Shown here one piece after another: positions 1-13,509 of a stretch of DNA of 64,000 nucleotides. Each line of letters begins with the position of its first letter. The stretch's first letter is position 1. The stretch is taken from contig CM121342.1 of assembly GCA_051530055.1 (NCBI GenBank), forward strand, positions 8,068,691 through 8,132,690, written 5' to 3'. Both the position numbers and the translations under genes were made by a program. The stretch comes from Neoechinorhynchus agilis (Eukaryota; Animalia; Acanthocephala). The notes beneath the pieces were generated by a model, which saw nothing but the letters and a program-made list of their open reading frames with translations, was not told where the DNA came from and searched no databases.

Positions 1-3000
1 CTTTATATTAATCTGCAACTTCGAAACCGTTTACACGCGTTCATTCGCGTTTATGTTGAGCGAGTATCGATCAACGCGCAGTTGTCTTTGCATCGTGCGC
101 AGTCGTTACATATACAAGTTTTCGCCATCGTGCGTCAACGCGAGAATCTTTATTATACATCGGCGGGCGCGGTTTTATATTAATCTGCAACTTCGAAGCG
201 GTTTACACGCGTTCATTCGCGTTTATGTTGCGCGAGTATCGATCAACGGGCCGTTGTCTTTGCATCGTGCATAGTCGTTACATATGCAAGTTTTTATCCT
301 CGTGGGCCAACGCGAGGATCTTTATTATATATCGGCATTATCGGCTTTATATTAATCTGAATTCGAAACGGTTTACACGCGTTCATTCGCGTTTATGTTG
401 CGCGAGTATCGATCAACGCGCAGTTGTCTTTGCATCGTGCGCAGTCGTTACATATACAAGTTTTCGCCATCGTGCGTCAACGCGAGAATCTTTATTATAC
501 ATCGGCGGGCGCGGTTTTATATTAATCTGCAACTTCGAAACGGTTTACACGCGTTCATTCGCGTTTATGTTGCGCGAGTATCGATCAACGCGCGGTTGTA
601 TTTGCATCGTGCGTAATCGTTACATGTAAAAGTTTTCATCCTCGTTAGCCAACGCGAGGATCTTTATTATATATCGGCGTTATCGGCTATATATATATTT
701 GCAACTTCGAAACGGTTTACACGCGTTCATTCGCGTTTATGTTGCGCGAGTATCGATCAACGCGCAGTTGTCTTTGCATCGTGCGTAGTCGTTACATATA
801 CAAGTTTTCGTCCTCGAGGGCCAACGCGAGGATCTTTATTATATATCGGCGTTCGCGGCTTTATATTAATCTGCAACTTCGAAACCGTTTACACGCGCTC
901 ATTCGCGTTTATGTTGCGCGAGTATCGATCAACGCGCAATAGTCTTTGCATCGTGCGTAGTCGTTACATATACAAGTTTTCGTCCTCGTGGACCAACGCG
1001 AAGATCTTTATTATATATCGGCGTTATCGGCTTTATATTAATCTGACTTCGAAACCGTTTACACGCGTTCATTCGCGTTTATGTTGCGCGAGTATCGATC
1101 AACGCGCAGTAGTCTTTGCATCGTGCGTAGTCGTTACATATATAAGTTTTCGTCCTCGTGGACCAACGCGAAGATCTTTATTATATATCGCCGTTCGAGG
1201 CTTTATATTAATCTGCAACTTTGAAACTGTTTACACGCGTTCATTCGCGTTTATGTTGCGCGAGTATGGATCAACGCGCAGTAGTCTTTGCATCGTGCGT
1301 AGTCGTTACATATACAAGTTTTCGTCCTCGTGGACCAACGCGAAGATCTTTATTGTATATCGGCGTTCGCGGCTTGATGTTAATCTGCAACTGCGAAACC
1401 GTTTACATGCGTTCATTTGCGTTATCTTGCGCGAGGTTCGATCAACGCGCAGTAGTCTTTGCATCGTGCGTAGTCGTAACATATACAAGTTTTCGTCCTC
1501 GTGGACCAACGCGAAGATCTTTATTATATATCGCCGTTCGCGGCTTGATATTAATCTGCAACTTCGAAACCGTTTACACGCGTTCATTCGCGTTTATGTT
1601 GCGCGAGTATCGATCAACGCACAGTAGTCTTTGCATCGTGCGTAGTCGTAACATATACAAGTTTTCTCCTCGTGGACCAACGCGAAGATCTTTATTATAT
1701 ATCGCAGTTCGCGGCTTTCTGTATAATCTGCAACTTCGAAACCGTTTACACGCGTTCATTCGCGTTTATGTTGCGCAGTATCGATCAGCGCGCAGTAGTC
1801 TTTGCATCGTGCGTAGTCGTTACATATACAAGTTTTCGTCCTCGTGGACCAACGCGAAGATCTTTATTGTATATCGGCGTTCGCGGCTTGATGTTAATCT
1901 GCAACTGCGAAACCGTTTACATGCGTTCATTTGCGTTATCTTGCGCGAGGTTCGATCAACGCGCAGTAGTCTTTGCATCGTGCGTAGTCGTTACATATAC
2001 AAGTTTTCGTCCTCGTGGACCAACGCGAAGATCTTTATTGTATATCGGCGTTCGCGGCTTGATGTTAATCTGCAACTTCGAAACCGTTTACACGCGTTCA
2101 TTCGCGTTTATGTTGCGCGAGTATCGATCAACGCGCAGTAGTCTTTGCATCGTGCGTAGTCGTTACATATACAAGTTTTCGTCCTCGTGGACCAACGCGA
2201 AGATCTTTATTGTATATCGGCGTTCGCGGCTTGATGTTAATCTGCAACTGCAGAAGCGATTTACATGCGTTCATTTGCGTTATCTTGCGCGAGGTTCGAT
2301 CAACGCGCAGTAGTCTTTGCATCGTGCGTAGTCGTTACATATACAAGTTTTCGTCCTCGTGGACCAACGCGAAGATCTTTATTATATATCGCCGTTCGAG
2401 GCTTTATATTAATCTGCAACTTCGAAACTGTTTACACGCGTTCATTCGCGTTTATGTTGCGCGAGTATCGATCAACGCGCAGTAGTCTTTGCATCGTGCG
2501 TAGTCGTTACATATACAAGTTTTCGTCCTCGTGGACCAACGCGAAGATCTTTATTGTATATCGGCGTTCGCGGCTTGATGTTAATCTGCAACTGCGAAAC
2601 CGTTTACATGCGTTCATTTGCGTTATCTTGCGCGAGTATCGATCAACGCGCAATTGTCTTTGCATCGTGCGTAGTCGTTACATATACAAGTTTTCGTCCT
2701 CGTGGACCAACGCGAAGATCTTTATTATATATCGGCGTTCGCGGCTTGATGTTAATCTGCAAACTCCGAAACCGTTTACACGCGTTCATTCGCGTTTATG
2801 TTGCGCGAGTATCGATCAACGCGCAGTAGTCTTTGCATCGTGCGTAGTCGTTACATATACAAGTTTTCGTCCTCGTGGACCAACGCGAAGATCTTTATTG
2901 TATATCGGCGTTCGCGGCTTGATGTTAATCTGCAACTGCGAAACCGTTTACATGCGTTCATTTGCGTTATCTTGCGCGAGTATCGATCAACGCGCAGTTG

Positions 3001-3750
3001 TCTTTGCATCGTGCATAGTCGTTACATATACAAGTTTTCGTCCTCGTTGACCAACGCGAAGATCTTTATTATATATCGACGTTATCGGCTTTATATTAAT
3101 CTGCAACTTCGAAACCGTTTACATGCGTTCATTCGCGTTTATGTTGCGCGAGTATCGATCAACGCGCAGTTGTCTTTGCATCGTGCATAGTCGTTACATA
3201 TACAAGTTTTCGTCCTCGTGGACCAACGCGAAGATCTTTATTGTATATCGGCGTTCGCGGCTTGATGTTAATCTGCAACTGCGAAACCGTTTACATGCGT
3301 TCATTCGCGTTTATGTTGCGCGAGTATCTTTCAACGCGCAGTGGTCTTTGCATCGTGCGTAGTCGTTACATATACAAGTTTTCGTCCTCGTGGACCAACA
3401 CAAAGATCTTTATTATATATCGCCGTTCGCGGCTTTATATTAATCTGCAACTTCGAAACCGTTTACACGCGTTCATTGGCGTTTATGTTGCGCGAGTATC
3501 GATCAACGCGCAGTTGTCTTTGCATCGAACATAGTCGTTACATATACAAGTTTTCGTCCTCGTGGACCAACGCGAAGATCTTTTTTATATATCGGCGTTC
3601 GCGGCTTGGCATTAATCTGCAACTGCGAAACCGTTTACATACGTTCATTTGCGTTATCTTGCGCGAGTATCGATCAACGCGCAGTTGTCTTTGCATCGTG
3701 CGTAGTCGTTACATATACAAGTTTTCGTCCTCGTGCCAACGCGAGGATCT
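1..3750. repeat. Tandem satellite array, ~171-172 bp unit, ~22 copies, runs off the left edge
   Basis: Unit atgttgcgcgagtatcgatcaacgcgcag...cgttcattcgcgttt recurs with a ~172-nt period (e.g. 739, 911). The overlapping ORFs here are translations of the repeat. Confidence 0.97.
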
Positions 3751-3886
3751 GTCAAAACAATGTCATCAATAAACAAGTGAGTATAAAAGCTGCTGAGATC
3801 AATGTTTGAAGATTGTATGAATTTAAGGATCCACTTGCGAGCTATTTGAATCGAGACTACAATTTTAAACTCATCTCTCTTCGTTC

Positions 3887-4860
3887 ATGGTTCAAATTAC
3901 GATCGAGAATATCAAGCGAGCGGGAGTTCTTAGCCACGATAATAAAGTTTATATCCTGGGAGACTTAATTGGCGAGGACAGTTTCGGGGAAGTCCTCAAA
4001 TGCAAACAGAGGGGATCAAACCGCAACCTTGCAGTTAAGATATTAAAGAACGCCATTAGGGAATTCGACATGAATGATTGCGAATTCAAGATGTTTAATG
4101 CCATAAGAGGCTGATGGAGAACGAGCTAATATCGCAGTGCCCCTCGAAATGTTTAAGTATTGCAGTCATCCGTGCATGATTCTTGAACCCTACGAAATGG
4201 TAAACACATTTCGACCAATGCCAATCAATCGGTTGTTCTCCTTGGTATAACCAAATGTTGCAAGCATTAGAGAAGCTAAAAGATCTTAACATTGTTCATG
4301 AAGATCTCAAGCTAGGAAATATTATGATGGCCAATTGTCTAGGTAAACCTGAACAATTCAAACTCATTGATTTTGGTCTTGAAGTACAACTTCGAAACCA
4401 AGAGTCTCTTTATGGATACCTCCAAACTTCGTACTATCGAGCTCCGGAAATGATCGTGAGTTTACCCATCGCTAAATCAATCGACATGAAGAGCCTTGGT
4501 TGCACTATCGGGGAACTCGCGGTTGGGAGGCCAATGTTTCCAGGGAATGATGATTATGAAACACTGGTTAGAATAACGATAACAAGAGGTGTTATCCCGA
4601 ATGCGGTCCTTGATAATGGAGTACGGACATTGCTATACTATAATAGGACAACCAACGGAGATGGATGGGTGCTGAAATCTCCATTGGAAAGGGGAATCTT
4701 TCCGCCGAGCAACAGTGCGCTGCATCTACCGTTAGTGTCTTTGGCTCAAGAAGATCCGCAAAACACCAACAAGTTTTTGGCAATGTTGGGTCACCTGCTT
4801 GAACTTATCCCCGAGGGTCGAGTTGATCCCACGGTCGGCATCAAACAAAAATGGAGACGT
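3887..4860 (+). pseudogene. HIPK/DYRK-like (CMGC) Ser/Thr kinase, disrupted
   Basis: Motifs LAVKILK, HEDLKLGNIM, KLIDFG, LQTSYYRAPE, SLGCTIGELAVGRPMFPG. A frameshift near 4105 (relative to the second copy) and a stop near 4248 break the ORF. No introns seen. Confidence 0.8.
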
Positions 4861-5405
4861 CGCTCAAGTTTACGGATAACGAGCGGCGATCATTTTCGTA
4901 TTTTCTACGAAGAAAAGAATCAGTATGATTTTGTGGAGGTGAGCATTAACGGAAAAGGTAAATATTCGGAAACGTTGTTAGCAACAAAATATTTGGTGTT
5001 TAGGGCAAAAACATTCCTTATCCTACAAAAACGATAATGTGTTCATCCAAATATTTATTCCGAAACATCAACATTTTGTTTTTATCGAATACTTGAAGCC
5101 ACTCTTTTCAATCTAAACTCAGAAAAACATTGTATCAAAAATGAAGTTTGTTAACGATTTAAGAGACAATCTATTACCCAATTCCAAAACAGTCGAAGTA
5201 AAAATTATTTTAATAATGTTTTTATTTCGCAGAAAAATTGAAGTAATTTATTTTCTTACACTGACTCAGCTGCATTCGAAAAAAATTGAGCATGTCTTAA
5301 AAATTTGAGAAATAATCAAAATTGTAAATTTCAAGAATACTTCGTTCTGTGAATTCGCCATTCTACACAACACATATCTTTTATTTCTAAGAGCAAAACT
5401 TAACA

Positions 5406-5560
5406 AGGCGGAAAAATTGAAGAAACTTATTTGTTCCGATATTTCAGAAGTTTTTCGATGAGGAAAAGCTTACTTGTAATTTTCTAAAGGAAAACCCATG
5501 ACAAAAGCATAAGATTGTCCAGAAATATCGGATCTTATAAATTGCTTCAATTTTTCTGCC
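5406..5560. mobile_element. Small foldback/MITE-like element
   Basis: ggcggaaaaattgaag...tccgatatttc is inverted by gaaatatcgga...cttcaatttttctgcc. Confidence 0.55.
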
Positions 5561-6572
5561 ATATCAAAACAGTAGAAATATTTCTCAATGGTGGTTTTTG
5601 TGGCTTTGCTTCCATAAGGCACAAAAGTCACCCAAAAATTCATTTTATTTCCTTCATCAAAATGCGTGAAATTTAGAAGAGCGGTTTAGAATTTATTGGC
5701 ATATGGCGAAAAGTGAAAAATTCCATGGTCTATTGAAACTTAACAAAAAAATTCCTTCGTCGAATTTGAATCAAATGTTGATATAAGAAGCCTTTCAGAG
5801 ATTTTTTATATGAACAGAAATAATTGTATTCAATGTTTCGTCATCTACGTGGAATTTCTTCAGAATTGTTTACCCAAATACTAAAACAATTCTGAAGGCC
5901 CACGTAGAGGAGCCCAATCTTGATCCGAACCAAACCTTACAGATTCACTTTTTTGGTTTACAAGGCGGCGCGAAACTACTGAGGGATTTTGAGATCATAT
6001 GTCAATTGGAGATTATCCATTACTTCGTGTCTTTATCCTAATAAATCCAGTTAGAGACTAAGATTTTCTAGAAATCTATAAGGGTGCTTTGCACAGATTT
6101 CCTGTTCTCCATCTTTTGACGCCAACATAATATCTATCTTCGAGATATTGATTAAAATCATTCGCCGGAGTAATTTTCATTTTCTTTGGTAAGGGGATGT
6201 CTGCTGATCAACCAAAAAGAGTTTACCTGTTATTTTAAAATAAAATGAAACAAATTGACACTCCCTTTCCCGTAATAAAAGACCAGTTAATTTCCTTTTT
6301 ATTACCAATAGCATTAAGCAAAACAATATTTTACAAATAGCAGAGTAATACTGTCAAATATTCTCATTCTAATAATAAGATCCTACTAATTTTAGAAATA
6401 ACACCATCGATTGGTAAGCATATTATCCTCTACGAGGTCGCAAAAGATTTGATATCGCAGACATTAGTAAGAATGATCGACAGGGAGAGGCGAAGGTTAG
6501 TTGTGGACAATTGTTAAAGCTTTGTTATTTCAATTTTTGTCGCATATCAATACAAATCGCTTCAACCGCTTT

Positions 6573-7221
6573 CTATGTTGCATTGAAACAACTCTTTAAG
6601 CTCTGGTTCCGGATCCATCTTTGATCCTTTCTTAATAGTTTGTAGAGATCAGCACACTTGGATCGCAACTGTGGAATAAATTTTTCATGAAAACTCACTG
6701 CTCCAAGAAATGTTTTTAGTTCTTGCTTGTCCACCGGCGAGCTAGCATAAACCAAATCTTTGACTTCCTTCTCATCTGCTCTGCAAACCCCACCTTCAAG
6801 AACATTTCCCAAGAATCTCCACACGTTGACGCAAGTTTCCTGCAATCTCTGTAACACTTTTCGCATGTTGGCTAAATGTTCCTAGCATCCTTCTTTATTA
6901 AGACGATTGGAGTCAACCATTCGACTTCTCTGTTATATTCACGCTTTCCAAAATTTCCCGTTCCACCAATCTCTGAATCTCTCGTTTACCCAGCTCTTGC
7001 AATATATAGGGTATTCGTCTCGCTGGACATCGTATCGGGTTTGCTTTACGCGATAAGCGTAATTTCACCTTATTATCCTTCATTGCAACCGTATCTCCCT
7101 CGGATAAATTTGCCAAATCCTCCCAAATGCTCCCAGCTTCCTCCTCCAAATCCATTCTTCTGGTACGGAGAAGCGGGGTTTGATTTCTGATAATAAGGTT
7201 CTCGTGGTCAACAATTTTCAC
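6573..7221 (-). mobile_element. Ty3/gypsy LTR-retrotransposon pol fragment (pre-RT region and RT/RNase H connection)
   Basis: CPARRIPYILQELGKREIQRLVEREILESV and ELKTFLGAVSFHEKFIPQLRSKCADLYKLLRKDQRW are typical gypsy pol segments. The RT core between them is deleted. Confidence 0.75.
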
Positions 7222-7796
7222 CTTCGCTCAACTTAACCGGATTAACTTCATTTTGAACAGAGAATTAGCCGATTAAATACAGAACCTCGCGATTCGCCGC
7301 TCGACATAAAAAGAGTTACGGATTTTCATTTCTTAAATAACGTCTAAAACCTACTGATCGGATTGTAATTTTTAAGTATCTCTTCGTGGAAGATGCCGTC
7401 AAAAACAAAAGCAAGATTATTGCCAGTTAAGGGGATACGCGAATCCATATCGTCTAATGGCAGTGGACATGTTGCTTTTCCATCTGAACCGACAGTATCC
7501 GAGGTGCGCTCCCATCGACGATGTGTCCGATGTTGTACATTTGAATGATCGTTGCATTTTGGGAACCGGTAATAATTTCAATAATCATTAAAATAACATG
7601 CCGTTCGTACATTTAAAGGGATATATTCAGCTTTCAGTGTTTTTAATACCAAGAGAATATTAGATCGGCTGCAGTATTTGTAAGCCATCTTTCGACGCCT
7701 ACATAATACCTATCTTGGAGGTTTCTTTTTTATACTAAAAGCCCTTAGCTCTAGAATCTTAACATTGAGGCTACTATCCACCTCTATAATAATTTA

Positions 7797-8014
7797 TGTT
7801 TTGTTCGAGTGGAGAAAGTAATTAAATTTAATTAAATTAAATATTTCGATCCTCTATATCGGATCTTCTTCAGTATTGCTTGTAAGTTTTTAAATATGTG
7901 TTATTGCTGACACATATTTAAAAACTTACAAGCAATACTGAAGAAGATCCGAGATAGAGGATCGAAATATTTAATTTAATTAAATTTAATTACTTTCTCC
8001 ACTCGAACAAAACA
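7797..8014. repeat. Near-perfect palindrome: ~105-bp arms, 8-nt loop
   Basis: 7797-7901 is the reverse complement of 7910-8014 with one mismatch seen. Confidence 0.95.
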
Positions 8015-8949
8015 ATGATGAACTATCTTTTCAATAATAATTTATGTGTTCTTTGGTGATTATTAAAATAGCGACTGTTTTATTGATCTCAATATTTCGT
8101 CCGTCTCGTCGGACTTCAGGTCTAAAAGCCAGAGGTATGTAAGGGTGGATTTATCCTAAGTTTTAGCCTATAATCCGCCTTATTTGACTGGAATGTGTCA
8201 CGATACATACATAGATTTATTTGAGAGAAAAACCAGTCGAAGATCGACTACTGGTGTGTGTGGTATACTAGTTATTAGTCAACAATAATTAATTAGAGCA
8301 TAGCTGTCCATTTAAGCGCTTTGTCCGCCCAGTCGCTTGAGTGTTTCCAAGAATAAGGGAGCTTGCTCAAAGCCTCTAGGAAAGTGCTAATGAAAATCGG
8401 AAGTAGAAAACTAGGCCTGCGTAAGAGCCTCTTGAATTTGTAAAGGTCGTGTCTTATAGACATATTAGATGTTAGGGTGTACTCCAAAACCGTAATCTTA
8501 TTAAAAGTTGTTGACGAGGTCAGATTAAAAGATTGTTTATAAAAGTAACGAGCACACGTCGTTTGCCCAGAGCCGATCTGGATTTTAAAATAAAATGCGT
8601 TTTTAGTGGGTTGAGTAACAAACACCATCTGTGGGTGAATAGATTATCATGATTGTCAATGTACATCACTTGAGCGATCGCATCAATACGCTGACGTTGT
8701 CAAAATCAATCTCGTGATTTGATGTCGAGTGACTCACCACTGCAGAGCTTTGGTCCGTTTTCTTGTTGAACGGGTTTCGATGCTCACCAATCCTGCGTCG
8801 TAGATTGTTAGTCTGCCCGATTTAAACATGTGGACAGTCTTTACTGGATATCTCGTAGATAAAATTGGCCAATGGATTGACAATACTGGATAATTTCTTG
8901 CCGACCTCGGGATGTCAGGGAATCTTACCAACTAGCTGAACATATTCAC

Positions 8950-10960
8950 AAGCTACTTACCTTGATACAACCAGCAACGCCCAACCAGTTCGCTTCAGTC
9001 TCGGATTGCAACCCGAACAATGGTGTCAAGATGGTCTCTGCACAACCTAAAGGTAAGCGGGGTTTGCCAAAGGCCGTGACAAAGTGAACAAGAAAGCTCC
9101 ACGCAGTGCTGCTAATTATGCCTCAGCCAGTAGAATCATTACTAGCGATTCTGATGCACTCATGGAGCCCATCTCCATCGAATGATGCCCAGTGGGACCT
9201 CTCCAGCACCCCTAAATCTTCACTGCCTTCAGTGGAACTCCGGTGGAGCCGCGGCTCTTAATAGACTTAATTTTTTCAATCACATTAACCGGGATTTTAT
9301 TTGCCTCCACGAAGTAAAGAAAGCAGCCTTCGAATTTAATAATTTATTACCTACTTCAGTTTTGATGAAATACGACGTTTTCCCTTCTCCGTTAAACCCT
9401 CATTCCTCTGGCCTATTGTCTCTATTCAAGAAAGAGTTATGCGTCTCTCTTGTTCAAAGTTATGTAAATGAAAACTAATCCTTCGCTCTATTCGAGATGA
9501 AAGGAAAAGCAGGAGGAAACTTTTAATAGGAAATGTGTATGTTCGCCCTAATTTTATCCATAAATCCACAACCAAGGACATTCTTCAACACATTCTTGGC
9601 ATTGGGAACATTCTCTTGTTCGGGGATTTTAATGATCTGTCCAGAAAATGGACCCTGGCTGTGGCCAATCGTGATGGCACACACGAATTCATCTGTCCTA
9701 TTCAACTTACTTTTGACAGGCTCCATAACAATTCTCATTTCTTCTTTGATGGTTGTTTCGCCCGATTGGATCGACGCGTGACAATATTCCTCGCCAAACA
9801 GACGTCGATTGCGGAAATTTGCTTCCATGATATGTCGACATGGAATATTACGGACGACCTGTCATTATCCCGAAAATATCGCTTCTCTCTCCTTAATGTA
9901 GCCTTCGTCAATTTCGCAATCAAGCGTACAATGCCGAATTATAGTACCCTTCCGGCGTGGAATCATCTAATTTCTAAAATGTCCAATATATTTTTATCAG
10001 TGCCTAATTATTCTGTAACTAGTCGGGTAACCTTGAATTATTTGCGATATTGTGCGGCTTAAGTAAAGAAAGCTATTCTTTTACAGGACGACACGTCTAA
10101 GTCGTAATTAGACGCGAAAATGGTGGGCTTGCAATTATGGGCTTCATTTAGCAGATCATCAGCGGATCATTAAGCGTCTTTCGTCTTCCACTAAATCTTT
10201 CTGGTACATTCTAAAAAACTCTAAATATGTTAGGTGGAGAGTCAGAGCGGCTCGTTGGATTCGGGACACCTCTGACAAATCAGTGGTTAATGAGATTAAT
10301 GAGAAATTATCGTTTGGTGCTGGCTTAGTGCCTAATGGTAACTGGCTGAAGTTGCCTCTGCTGCGATCCCTAAATAATGGAGACTTGACTTCGAATGATT
10401 TGCTAAGGGCTTGGGATAAATCCGTCAAGATGTCTACGAATAATTTCTCGGCGCCCTCGAAATGCCTTAAATTTATTGATCAATCAATAAAACCAGCAAT
10501 TATTTCCTGCATTCTAATGGCATCTAGGGACGAGTGGGAAAAAATTAACACTCCTGGTTAAAGGCAAAAAACATACAGTTACTTCCCCATCTGACCCGAG
10601 GCCTATCTCAATACAAAATTCTCTAGTACCGTTATATGAGAAGGCACTCGCTGACTACCTCATGGAATTTTGTGTGGAGAAGGACATAATCTCCTCAAAC
10701 TGTCATGGTTTCTTCGAGGGTAGGTCGGTCATTTCGGCCGTTAGGGATATCTATTCTGCTCTTTCCCTCAACCCATGCAAATGCCTAGTATCTTCTGATT
10801 TCTCAGCGGCCTATGACAATATCAACCTGTAGTTTCTGCTGAGTTATATGTCTTTCCTCAATTTTCTTAACGATATTCTTGCCCGCCTGAGGGATATACT
10901 TAGCTCAAAATCCTTTTACTTCGAGGACGACACGGACGGCAAAGTTTTCTTCCCAACAAT
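8950..10960 (+). mobile_element. Degenerate non-LTR retrotransposon (APE endonuclease plus RT remnant)
   Basis: LQWNSGG, ICLHEVK and LLFGDFN endonuclease motifs. A degenerate 'IFSAAYDNI' RT-like segment lies near 10790. Many stops and frameshifts. Confidence 0.65.
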
Positions 10961-11089
10961 AATTCTCCCTCTAGCGGCCTAAAAGAAACTAGGCAGCAAT
11001 AAAATGAAGCCGCCAAGTCCTATCTTGTTTTAAAAATAAAGCAACTGATTTTAAATTTCAAAGAACGATCGCATTTAAGTGTGATTGCG

Positions 11090-11944
11090 AGATGCAAAAA
11101 TAATTTTTTTATTGTATTCTTGAAATATTCGACTTTTTACAAATTGGGTAATAGATTGTCTCTTAAATTATTAAAAAAACTTCATTTTTTGTACAATGTC
11201 TTTCTAAGTTTGGATTAAAAAGAGTGACTTTAAATATTCGATCAAAGCAAAATGTTGATGTTTTGGTATCAATATTTGGATAAACACATTATCGTTTTTG
11301 TAGGATAAGGAACGTTTTCGCCTTTAACGCCAAATATTTTGTTCCTAACAATGTTTCCGAATATTTACCTTTTCGTTAATGCTCACCTCCACAAAATCAT
11401 ACTGATTCTTTTCTTCGTAGAAAATACGAAAATGATCGCCGCTCGTTATCCGTAAACTTGAGCGACGTCTCCATTTTTGTTTGACAGCGAATGCTATAAT
11501 CTTTTAGCTTCTCTAATGCTTGCAACATTTGGTATGCCAAGGAGAACAACCGATTGATTTTCATTGGTCCAAATGTGTTTACAAACACATTAAGGTCCAT
11601 TTCGTAACATACAAGAATCACGAACTGATGACAATAATACTTTAACATTTCGAGGGGGACTGCGATATTAGCTCGTTCTCCATTGGCCTCTTTTATTGGC
11701 TTAAACATCTTTACTTCACAATCATCCATTTCGAACTTCCCAGCGGTTGGATCCTCTCTGTTTGCATCTAAGTCTCCCAGGATATAAACTTTATTATCGT
11801 GACCGAGAACTCCCACTCGTTTGATATTCTCGATCGTAGTTGTGATCATAAACGAAAAAATGAGTTTTAAAATAAAACGACTGTATTCTCGATTCGAAGA
11901 GCTTGCGAGTTGATGCTTTAATTCACACGGTCTTCAAACATTGA
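11090..11944 (-). pseudogene. Second, inverted and internally deleted copy of the kinase segment at 3799-5240
   Basis: Reverse-complement homology to 3799-5240. ORF 11397-11849 matches the N-terminus (TIENIKRVGVLGHDNKVYILGDL) and then jumps to the post-kinase sequence. Confidence 0.85.
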
Positions 11945-13509
11945 CGACCGACTGGAGGTTTTGATGAAGTTAACTTCTTTAGGGAGATAGGACCAATGTG
12001 TTCCCGCCCGCCAATATAAGAACAATTGCATCTAATCAGTTTGTTGTCGTTCTTCAAGTCGTTTTCTCTATTCTGTTAAGTCATCGCCGTCTCCATATTT
12101 TGTGGACACTGGATGTAAGTTATTATTTCAAAACCAATTCATTTATTCCGTCAATTTAACTACTTCGCGTCGGTCTATGAGTACGGGGATAATGCAGCGA
12201 AGAGCTCAGTTTGGGATTTCGAATTAAGAGCACGAATTTTTAGGTAATTTCTTGAGATACTGTAGTACCTCATATGACGAAACTGAGGAGAGTATCTTCA
12301 TGTAGTGACTGATGTTGAGCAGTGATTGTAAATTGAGTTAGGGCAGAGGTTCTGATTAATGGAATCTATAACCTGTTTTTATTCCACGGAAGACAAATTA
12401 GCGAAGGGATCCGGATGGCTTAGACCAAAAGAGTCCTTGATGGCCCACCACCATGTTGAGTGGTCACCTGATCGAATTTTAGGGGAGAGGAGTCTGATAT
12501 TGCGACTGTGATAAAAGGTAACGATAGGAAAAGCGAAAGCGATTCAGCTGAAGTTACTACTAAAAAACGTACGGTTGAACAAATGGTCGGCGAAGCATTT
12601 GAACGAGGAGGAACAAGTAAATACTTCATTTTGAAGACTGCCAGCCGGTAACTTTTATTAAGTATCAATGTGCGGCCTTTTCCACGGCTGATAATTTTCC
12701 TTGGGCACACAGCCCACCGATCTGGATCAGAGAAGGAATTAGATCACTCTATACCATGAACCATACGGTTATGAGTTTGTACAGCGCTCCTTTTTCCATG
12801 CTGCTCAATCTTCTCGGATATCATTACCTGAAATGAATATGAGGAAAGACACACCTAACAAGCGTTCCTACAAACAATATCGGCCAATTCCTTCAGGTGA
12901 ATATTCTCAAACGAACGGACACATTCGCGCTCGAACGGACCTTCCAACACAACCGATAATTCCAACTCGAACGACACGAATTTAAGACACGCAATTTACC
13001 ACGTCAACTAACTAAAATTAGGTCGATTCATTTCGCATATCTCAGCGCGACTATTGCAAAACTGTTTTCATTTTCGGGATAGCTATCATGGCTCTCGAGT
13101 TTCCTTCATTATTGATATCAAAATATCAACCGATTGTCAATTAAATTAGCGTTGCCTTCGGCAATGTCATAAAATATATATTTCGTATTTGCAAGAAACA
13201 CGGAATTAATCAACAAATTTATAATTAAATTTTTATAGTGTATTCTGAATTTTGACCAGGTGGTCTTCATAAAGCGGTGGCGCAAAATCACGACTTATTG
13301 TTAAATATCAGTAAACGTTTAAGATTTCAAGACAACGAAAATTCATGTTAAAGTCAGTAAGTGCTTGGGTGTAAGTCGAGGTTATGAAGAGAATCGTAGA
13401 TGCAAAGAAGGGCGCCCATACAAGAAAAGCCGGGTGAATGGGTGGAATTTTTTGATTGAAGATTTTGGTCTTCAATAAAATGAGGGGTTCGCTGTAGTAG
13501 CTCATCGAT

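Noticed and set aside
1-3809. Many overlapping ORFs (MLREYRSTR..., RGPTRRSLLY...) and a possible CRISPR or RNA-gene array
   Set aside because: They are frame-shifted translations of the satellite. There are no unique spacers, and the unit does not resemble 5S, tRNA or snRNA sequences I know.
3887-4300. Stop-codon readthrough or an alternative genetic code to explain kinase breaks
   Set aside because: The breaks are a frameshift and a point stop relative to the second copy, and all conserved genes translate with the standard code.
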